Positions 15,437-21,695 of a stretch of 32,000 bases of DNA are shown here, in pieces (positions within the stretch are counted from its first letter, which is position 1; every line of letters starts with the position of its first letter). The position numbers and the translations under genes were made by a program. Under the pieces are notes generated by a model, which worked only from the letters and a program-made list of their open reading frames with translations, was not told the DNA's origin and searched no databases. Where the stretch lies: assembly GCA_000503915.1 (NCBI GenBank), contig CP006915.1:540001-572000 (forward strand), given 5' to 3'. The stretch is from Candidatus Saccharimonadota bacterium (lineage in GTDB: Bacteria > Patescibacteriota > Saccharimonadia > Saccharimonadales > Saccharimonadaceae).

Positions 15437-16471
15437 ATGGCAGACGGCTACCACAATCTAACACTTGACATGATCCCACTTTTTTTGATGAGCGTCGCGG
15501 CATTTGTACTGGCGATGATGCTGACACCAATCTATACCTACTTTGCATATCGCTACCGATTTTGGAAACGCCAGCGCAGTACCAGCACGACCGGCGAAGC
15601 ATTAGAGGTCTTCACTAAACTGCACCAAGCGAAATTCCGCCGCAACATTCCGACGATGGCTGGAGTGATTGCTGTAGTTACTATTACAACGATAACGCTT
15701 GGGTTTAATCTAAACCGTGGAGAGACATGGTTGCCGTTGGTAGCGCTAGTCAGCGGCGCAGCGGTTGGTATGATCGATGATATTATCAATCTGCGCGGGC
15801 AAGGCAAGGGAGTTGCGGGACTGCGCTCCAGTATAAAATTCTTGATGATCACCGCGATCGGTGCGGGACTTGGCTGGTTCTTCTACACGAAGCTTGGTTT
15901 CGATACTGTCCACCTGCCGTTTATCGGTGAGCTTGTCATTGGCTGGTGGATTATCCCGCTCTTTGCGTTCGTCATCACGGCGACCGGTAATGCCGTCAAT
16001 ATTAGCGACGGGCTTGACGGGTTGGCAGGCGGGCTGCTGGCACTCAGTTTTACCGCCTTTGGTATCATTGCGCTACTACAAGAACAGGTATTCCTGGCCG
16101 GCTTTTGTTTCACGGTAGTCGGTGCTTTGCTGAGCTATCTTTGGTTCAATATTTACCCGGCACGTTTCTTTATGGGTGATGTCGGGAGTTTTGCCTTTGG
16201 GGTAAGTCTTGGCGTGGTGGCTATGATGACTAACTCTCTGCTGCTCCTACCGATAATTGGCATTCTCTTTGTGATTGAGGCTGGCTCAAGTCTGGTGCAG
16301 ATCGTGTCGAAGCGGTTGTTTGGACGCCGCATATTCCTCTCGGCGCCCATCCATCATCACCTCGAGGCTATTGGCTGGCCAGAGACGAAAGTCACTATGC
16401 GCTTTTGGGTGATCGGTTGTGTGGCGGCTAGCTTCGGAGTCATGCTGGCACTTGCCGGAGGCCATGTCTAA
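15437..16471 (+). CDS. mraY: phospho-N-acetylmuramoyl-pentapeptide transferase MraY
   Basis: NAVNISDGLDGLAGG, FMGDVGS, APIHHH motifs; polytopic. Confidence 0.95.
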   Translation: MADGYHNLTLDMIPLFLMSVAAFVLAMMLTPIYTYFAYRYRFWKRQRSTSTTGEALEVFTKLHQAKFRRNIPTMAGVIAVVTITTITLGFNLNRGETWLPLVALVSGAAVGMIDDIINLRGQGKGVAGLRSSIKFLMITAIGAGLGWFFYTKLGFDTVHLPFIGELVIGWWIIPLFAFVITATGNAVNISDGLDGLAGGLLALSFTAFGIIALLQEQVFLAGFCFTVVGALLSYLWFNIYPARFFMGDVGSFAFGVSLGVVAMMTNSLLLLPIIGILFVIEAGSSLVQIVSKRLFGRRIFLSAPIHHHLEAIGWPETKVTMRFWVIGCVAASFGVMLALAGGHV

Positions 16472-17757
16472 TGCGACCACGTCGCTATCAGCCGGTAGGC
16501 GCTGAGACAAACCAGCCAGCCGTACGGAAACATCGGCCAGACTACCAAATTGTGCTGTTCATGGGTCTACTTATGTTACTCGGGCTGATCGTCATATACG
16601 CGATTGGACCGCAACGTGCTCAGGTGCTGAATGAAGCGTACGGTGCTGATTATAGCGCAATGTACTTTTTTGGTAAGCAAGTGATCAGCCTCGCGTTGGC
16701 GGTAGCGGTATTTGTGGCAGTAGCCAAACTGCCATTCCATTGGTTGCAACGTCATGCCCAGAACCTCTTTGTTATCGGACTCATACTATCAGCCATCTTG
16801 GCAATCGCCGGCTGGACGGGTATGGGAATTGCCCAGTGTAGTCTGGGAGCCTGCCGTTGGTTTGATTTAGGACCGCTCGGTAGTGTTCAGCCAGCCGAAT
16901 TCTTAAAGTTCAGCCTGCTTATCTTTTGCGCTGGCTTTATTGCTCGGCGGTCGAAGCAGGGAATGGTGAATGATCTCTATAAAACACTACTGCCACTCGG
17001 CGCGATCCTGACGATCGTGGCCATTTTTGTAATCGGCATTCAGAAGGACATGGGTACGGGTATCGCGATCATGGCGATCGTGGCCGTCATCATGGTTGCT
17101 GCCGGCATAAGTGTACGCGTCGGAGGGGCTCTTTTGGTCGGCGCGCTTGTTTTTAGCATTTTGATGATCGTTATTGCGCCGCACCGTATGGAGCGTATAG
17201 CGGCGTTTATACAGGGAGATAACGCCTCGGTCAGTGATCCGTCTGTGTATCATATTATTCACGCTAAGATTGCGATCGGCAGCGGAGGCTTGACTGGTGT
17301 CGGTATCGGTAATAGCGTCCAAGCGACGGGTTACTTGCCAGAAGCGATCAACGACTCGGTGTTTGCGATCATGGGTGAGACCTTCGGTTTTGTGGGGTTA
17401 GTCCTGGTCCTAATACTGTTTACTGCATTACTATTCAGACTGCTTCGTGTCGCTGACCGACTACCGGGTGAAGCCGAGCGGCTACTTGTCGTCGGGGTAT
17501 TCGGCTGGCTAGCGGCACACGTTATCCTTAATGTTGCAGCCATGACAGGAATATTCCCACTAACGGGGATTACCTTGCCGCTCCTGAGTTTTGGCGGCAC
17601 TAGCATGGTCTTTATGGCTGGTGCTCTAGGGTTAGCATTCCAATTATCTGCGTATACGTTACATGGTAGTACTAATGAAGGAGGAGACTATGAAAATTCT
17701 CGTCGTCGGCGGGGGCTCGGGCGGACACGTCACGCCAGTCGCAGCGGTCGTTTCTGA
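16471..17757 (+). CDS. ftsW: SEDS family protein FtsW/RodA
   Basis: The ATG overlaps the mraY stop. Polytopic, with GSGGLTGVGIGNS, PEAINDSVFA and TLPLLSFGGTSM motifs. The Arg-rich tail is encoded in the 68 nt overlapping murG. Confidence 0.9.
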   Translation: MRPRRYQPVGAETNQPAVRKHRPDYQIVLFMGLLMLLGLIVIYAIGPQRAQVLNEAYGADYSAMYFFGKQVISLALAVAVFVAVAKLPFHWLQRHAQNLFVIGLILSAILAIAGWTGMGIAQCSLGACRWFDLGPLGSVQPAEFLKFSLLIFCAGFIARRSKQGMVNDLYKTLLPLGAILTIVAIFVIGIQKDMGTGIAIMAIVAVIMVAAGISVRVGGALLVGALVFSILMIVIAPHRMERIAAFIQGDNASVSDPSVYHIIHAKIAIGSGGLTGVGIGNSVQATGYLPEAINDSVFAIMGETFGFVGLVLVLILFTALLFRLLRVADRLPGEAERLLVVGVFGWLAAHVILNVAAMTGIFPLTGITLPLLSFGGTSMVFMAGALGLAFQLSAYTLHGSTNEGGDYENSRRRRGLGRTRHASRSGRF

Positions 17758-18853
17758 GATAAAGCGGCAAGAACCAAGCGCTTCGATACGTTTTTGGTGT
17801 GACCGAGCATTTTTTGAACAGGCGCGAGCGATGATGCACGCGGTTGATCCGCAAATTCCAACGGAGGTGATTGTGGCAGGAAAGCTTCGCCGTTATCAAA
17901 AGCTAGCTTTGTGGCGGCAGCTCTTGCAGATTCGAACAATTGTTTTACCGAATATTATCGACAGCTTTAAACTCGTGATCGGGCTTTGTCAGAGCATCTA
18001 CAAGTTGCTTCGATGGCGGCCGGATGTAATCTTTGCCAAGGGCGGGTTCGTCTGTTTACCGGTCGGGATAGCGGCTCGTATTCTGGGAGTGCCGTTGGTG
18101 ATTCATGATTCTGACGCTCATCCGGGTCTTACGAACCGTGTGCTCGCACGTTTTGCGGCTCGGATTGCCACCGGTGCACCGCTCGAATACTATAATTATC
18201 CTTCCGAGCGCAGCACCTACATAGGTATACCGATTGCTATGAATCTGAGACCACCCTCGAGCAAGGAGCAACTGAAATTAAAGAAAGAACTTGGTTTTGA
18301 CGATGAAAAGCCACTGATCGTTATTACGGGTGGCGGACTGGGCGCCCGAACATTAAACCAAGCCACCATAGCAGTGCTTACCGAGCTCCTTGCTTTTTGT
18401 AATGTTAGTTTGATTACCGGTAAAGCAAACTATGATCAGTTGCGGCAACAAGTTAAGCCGCATGATCGCCGCCATTTCCAGATGCATGCTTTTGTCAGCA
18501 AAGATTTTACGAGCTTGCTCAGTGCCGCTGATATCGTAGTGACGAGGGCAGGGGCAACCACTCTGCTGGAACTAGCAGCGCTTGCCAAGCCGGTGATTAT
18601 TGTGCCGAATGAGTACTTAACGGGTGGTCACCAGAGCAAAAACGCAGCTGTTTATGAGAAAGCTGGTGCAGCGGTTATCGTCGGGGAGGAGCGCTTGTCG
18701 GCTCAGCCACTGGCACTTGTTGATGCGATCAACGCGTTGGTGCTTAATCCCAAAGAGCTACAGGCGATGGCAGAGGCTATTCATGAGTTTGCTCGACCGC
18801 AAGCTGCCCGCGACATGGCAGACATTATCCTATCGGTAGGAAAGTCGTCTTAG
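17690..18853 (+). CDS. murG: UDP-GlcNAc:lipid I N-acetylglucosaminyltransferase MurG
   Basis: I prefer ATG 17690 behind a GGAGGAG SD (MKILVVGGGSGGHVTP) over the track start 17663. C-terminal TRAGATTLLE... motif. Confidence 0.9.
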   Translation: MKILVVGGGSGGHVTPVAAVVSEIKRQEPSASIRFWCDRAFFEQARAMMHAVDPQIPTEVIVAGKLRRYQKLALWRQLLQIRTIVLPNIIDSFKLVIGLCQSIYKLLRWRPDVIFAKGGFVCLPVGIAARILGVPLVIHDSDAHPGLTNRVLARFAARIATGAPLEYYNYPSERSTYIGIPIAMNLRPPSSKEQLKLKKELGFDDEKPLIVITGGGLGARTLNQATIAVLTELLAFCNVSLITGKANYDQLRQQVKPHDRRHFQMHAFVSKDFTSLLSAADIVVTRAGATTLLELAALAKPVIIVPNEYLTGGHQSKNAAVYEKAGAAVIVGEERLSAQPLALVDAINALVLNPKELQAMAEAIHEFARPQAARDMADIILSVGKSS

Positions 18854-18856
18854 GCT

Positions 18857-18865
18857 TGCTACAAT
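18857..18865 (+). promoter_or_regulatory. extended -10 (TGcTACAAT) before the ftsQ-like gene
   Basis: TACAAT at 18860-18865, 9 nt before ATG 18875, no SD. Confidence 0.45.
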
Positions 18866-18874
18866 AGGTGAAGC

Positions 18875-19816
18875 ATGAGCGTTAAATTCTCTTTTCGTAA
18901 CAAGACGGCTACTGGAGCGCCGCCGCGTCGACGTAGTACGCCTACACAATCAACAGCACCCTCGCGAGCGACATTTCAGCGTAACCGTACGTTGACTGGC
19001 AGTTCTTCGTCACAAGTGGCGAGTAGCGGTGAGCTGTCAGCCACACTCAAGTCGCCCCGCGCTCACGCGCACCATCTTACCTCGCTTCGTCGGCGGATAG
19101 TAGTGTATTTTATCATCACTCTGTCTGTTGCGACTGTGCTTTATATCCTAGTGAGTCAATTGACGGCCAGCCTGGTCATACGCGTGAGCGGTGTCGACCT
19201 ACTCTCGACAGACGACGTTACTCGCTATAGCCGGGCGATTGATGACTATTTTGCTGCTCGGCCAGCCGAACGACTACGTTTTCTAACAAACCATGAAACG
19301 CTACTCTCGCATATACAGGCCTTGGATGCCGAGGTTGGCTCGATTCAGATTGAGCCTGGTGAAAATCTTGGCGAAGCTTTGATCACTGTGACGCCACGTA
19401 TGCCGATTGCTCGTTGGAGTATTAACGGTAGTAACCAATTTGTCGACAGGAACGGAATTGTCTTTACGCGTAATTACTATCCGGTTCCTGAGCTTCGGAT
19501 TGCCGATAATAGCGGCCTAAGTGCTGATACCTCGCAGAACGTAACGAGCCAGCGTTTCCTCGGTTTCGTTGGCTTGGTGATTGGGCTGGCTAAGGACAAT
19601 GGCATTGTCGTTGACCGTGTCACCATTCCGCCTTTGACTGCCAAACAACTCAACGTGAAGGTGAGGGGAGTACGCCCCTATTTTAAGCTATCGGTTGACC
19701 GGCCAGCGGGAGAGCAGGTAGAGGATATGAGTCGGATCGTGGCCTTCCTCAAACGTAAGGGTATCGCCCCGACCTACGTCGATGTTCGTATTGAAGGCAA
19801 GGCATTTTACCGCTGA
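18875..19816 (+). CDS. ftsQ: FtsQ/DivIB-like cell-division protein
   Basis: Position after murG. Disordered S/T/R/P-rich N-terminus, one TM helix, then a POTRA-like segment (VSGVDLLSTDDVTRY...). By eye only. Confidence 0.6.
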   Translation: MSVKFSFRNKTATGAPPRRRSTPTQSTAPSRATFQRNRTLTGSSSSQVASSGELSATLKSPRAHAHHLTSLRRRIVVYFIITLSVATVLYILVSQLTASLVIRVSGVDLLSTDDVTRYSRAIDDYFAARPAERLRFLTNHETLLSHIQALDAEVGSIQIEPGENLGEALITVTPRMPIARWSINGSNQFVDRNGIVFTRNYYPVPELRIADNSGLSADTSQNVTSQRFLGFVGLVIGLAKDNGIVVDRVTIPPLTAKQLNVKVRGVRPYFKLSVDRPAGEQVEDMSRIVAFLKRKGIAPTYVDVRIEGKAFYR

Positions 19817-19838
19817 TACCCCCGCCTCATCGGGCACT

Positions 19839-19856
19839 AGTTCTAGTTTTGTTCTA
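19839..19856 (+). repeat. 18-nt direct repeat, copy 1 (AGTTCTAGTTTTGTTCTA)
   Basis: Identical to 20423-20440. Lies 22 nt downstream of the ftsQ-like stop. Confidence 0.9.
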
Positions 19857-19979
19857 AAGATTAGATATGTTGAAAAAACTATATTAAAATATTGAAATGA
19901 CGAAAAAGCAAATAGGGAGGAGTAGGGGAACACAAAAATAAAAAAACGCAAATTGCTGGATGAATTATACAAATCCGTG

Positions 19980-19988
19980 TGTGGATAA
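19980..19988. promoter_or_regulatory. consensus DnaA box with a degenerate inverted partner
   Basis: TGTGGATAA at 19980-19988. TTATACAAA (2 mismatches) at 19965-19973 mirrors the palindrome at 11359-11380. The shared core is GTGTGGATAA. Confidence 0.45.
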
Positions 19989-20422
19989 CTATGTGACGTC
20001 TACAACGCCAGCTTGGTGAAGACCCGGAGAGAGCTACTAAGCTTGAAGCGTGCTAGAACTACTGACATACCAGGGGCGCACATATAAATAAGAAGTAAAC
20101 TAGCACTAACAGGCCGTATATGCCAGAAACTCCCCTAGTCGGGAGGTATAGTGAATCAACTTTGTCTAATATACTTAATGTCGTAAAAGATATATTGGAC
20201 GACGTTAAGTCTATAGAACAAATATGATTACCTATTCACGTCTGCGCCGCACATTTTTGCTTTGTCACCCATGTACATCTTGTATTTCTCTCCCCCCGCT
20301 TTGCATATATTATACTTTTCCTCCGCTCGTTTACTTTTTTATCTGTCGTGACACGTTTTCACAAACATGTCTACGCTACATGACTCAAGCATGCTTAGCT
20401 CATTCATCGAGGCTGTATATCA

Positions 20423-20440
20423 AGTTCTAGTTTTGTTCTA
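20423..20440 (+). repeat. 18-nt direct repeat, copy 2
   Basis: Identical to 19839-19856. It covers the stop codon and last codons (VEQN*) of the minus-strand gene 20427-21092. Confidence 0.9.
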
Positions 20441-21092
20441 CACTGTTCATTCCCTTAAACCCGTTGGGCAATACTAGCGGCGTAAGCGAAGAGGTGTAAG
20501 TAATAAACTGCGAAAGACACATAACCGTGAGATGGGGGTATAATCCGAGTGACGCAATTGGTAGAATGGCCTTTTCTACTTGATCTTGTGTGTAGTCGTT
20601 GCCGGCAACAACGAATATGGTGGGGATACTCGAGTGAATGCCGTATTTACTTATCTTATGTCTTATATTTGGTGCAAGGTAATCAAGACGATGAGACGAG
20701 AAGACATCTACACCGAAGAATGTGTCGGAGGCATATACAAAGAAGTCATAACGGTTCTTGGTATCAATTCCATACCTCTTTTGAGTATGTACATAGGGTT
20801 CACCGAAATGCCGAACTAAGAGAATTTCGAGTTCTTGTTCCGCGTGGAGTCCATCTGCGAATGCCAGTGCGGCAATTTTGCTTCGCTCGTTCCCTTTTGT
20901 GTAATCAATTAAACCGTACCCTAGTTTATTGCGCAGGGTTGCCATTCCGCCATAAATTCTCTGAATCTGACGAGCAGATGGAAGATAGGGGGTTTGATCA
21001 AAATCTTTTGCGGTCGGCAGTCTCCCCTGCTTTTGCCTGTAACGTTCGACACCTTCTTTAATAGAATCAAATGACCATTTGAAGTTTGTCAT
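20427..21092 (-). CDS. nuclease-like protein: N-terminal homing-endonuclease-associated-repeat-like segment plus Vsr/DUF559-like (PD-(D/E)XK) core, tentative
   Basis: I use ATG 21092 (MTNFKWSFDSIKEGVERYRQKQGRLPTAKDF...), because the longer track start runs into the upstream terminator. EQELEILLVRHFG...YDFFVY...FGVDVFSSH resembles E...DF...(E/V)xDxxxH of Vsr-like endonucleases. A TGtTATGAT -10 lies 9 nt upstream. Confidence 0.55.
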   Translation of the reverse strand: MTNFKWSFDSIKEGVERYRQKQGRLPTAKDFDQTPYLPSARQIQRIYGGMATLRNKLGYGLIDYTKGNERSKIAALAFADGLHAEQELEILLVRHFGEPYVHTQKRYGIDTKNRYDFFVYASDTFFGVDVFSSHRLDYLAPNIRHKISKYGIHSSIPTIFVVAGNDYTQDQVEKAILPIASLGLYPHLTVMCLSQFITYTSSLTPLVLPNGFKGMNSVEQN

Positions 21093-21113
21093 AGTGCATT
21101 TATCATAACACAT

Positions 21114-21138
21114 CACAGAAAACACCCCTTGCGGGGTG
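21114..21138 (-). terminator. rho-independent terminator of the 82-aa gene
   Basis: Minus strand reads CACCCC gcaa GGGGTG TTTTCTGTG. Confidence 0.7.
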
Positions 21139-21160
21139 CCTTCGGGACGGTGAGGTGAAC

Positions 21161-21409
21161 CTAGGCGCTCATTGAGAGTAGCGTCCAGGAGCCTCCTCTG
21201 TTATCACTGCGCAGCTTGAACTGCTTGTGGCCGTCGGTCATGGTCATGATCTGGGCGACCAGACCGCCGCGACGGACGATGCAGCTCAGGCCGGCGTCGA
21301 TGAAGCGATAGCTGGTGCCTTCGTACTCCATCGTGCGTGGGTATGCGAGGTTGTCCTTGCGAAACCCGAGTGCAGTGATAATTACTGGTTTGTTGATAAA
21401 GTGTGTCAT
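21161..21409 (-). CDS. small hypothetical protein (82 aa), compositionally foreign
   Basis: GGGAG SD 7 nt before the ATG. 56% G+C by hand count, with mostly G/C third positions, which is visibly higher than its neighbours. No family recognised. Confidence 0.6.
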   Translation of the reverse strand: MTHFINKPVIITALGFRKDNLAYPRTMEYEGTSYRFIDAGLSCIVRRGGLVAQIMTMTDGHKQFKLRSDNRGGSWTLLSMSA

Positions 21410-21632
21410 TTTTTCACTCCCGAGCTCTGAAATTTTTCCCAGAGGCTAATACTTAAATTTAGATTAGCGAACGGATTTTGGAGTGATCCAGCGGTGGAGA
21501 GGAGCTTTGTGACCGCTCAAAGACAAGCTCTTTTTACCACGATGGAGGTGTTAGGACGTCTTTTTCGGACGTCAATCGTTTATAACGCTTGTAAGTAGAA
21601 AGGTATCCACCAGTACCTACATAGCTATAACC

Positions 21633-21663
21633 ATTATAGCGCGCGTCAATGAGTAGGTGTCAA
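21633..21663 (-). promoter_or_regulatory. candidate promoter for the 82-aa gene leader
   Basis: Minus strand: TTGACA (21658-21663), 19 nt, TATAAT (21633-21638). The spacer is long, so confidence is modest. It would give a leader of about 215 nt. Confidence 0.4.
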
Positions 21664-21695
21664 GCGTGTAATTTTGGCGGCTCGGCTGACTTATG

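Noticed and set aside
11359-19988. Chromosomal oriC at either DnaA-box site
   Set aside because: Only two or three boxes are present per site, no dnaA/dnaN gene is nearby, and the first site lies in a short promoter region. I kept this as a low-confidence regulatory/origin-like observation instead.
20224-20430. 68-aa plus-strand ORF in the AT-rich segment
   Set aside because: No SD or promoter context. The translation is low-complexity, Cys/Phe/Leu-rich, and typical of random AT/pyrimidine-rich DNA. It also overlaps the repeat and the convergent gene end.
20549-21061. 170-aa and 79-aa plus-strand ORFs antisense to the nuclease-like gene
   Set aside because: They are fully embedded antisense to a better-supported gene. 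Their composition is Arg/Cys-rich, typical of antisense frames.
21093-21125. Longer start (21125) of the nuclease-like ORF
   Set aside because: The extra 11 codons run through the U tract of the upstream terminator. ATG 21092 has a TGtTATGAT -10 placed 9 nt upstream.
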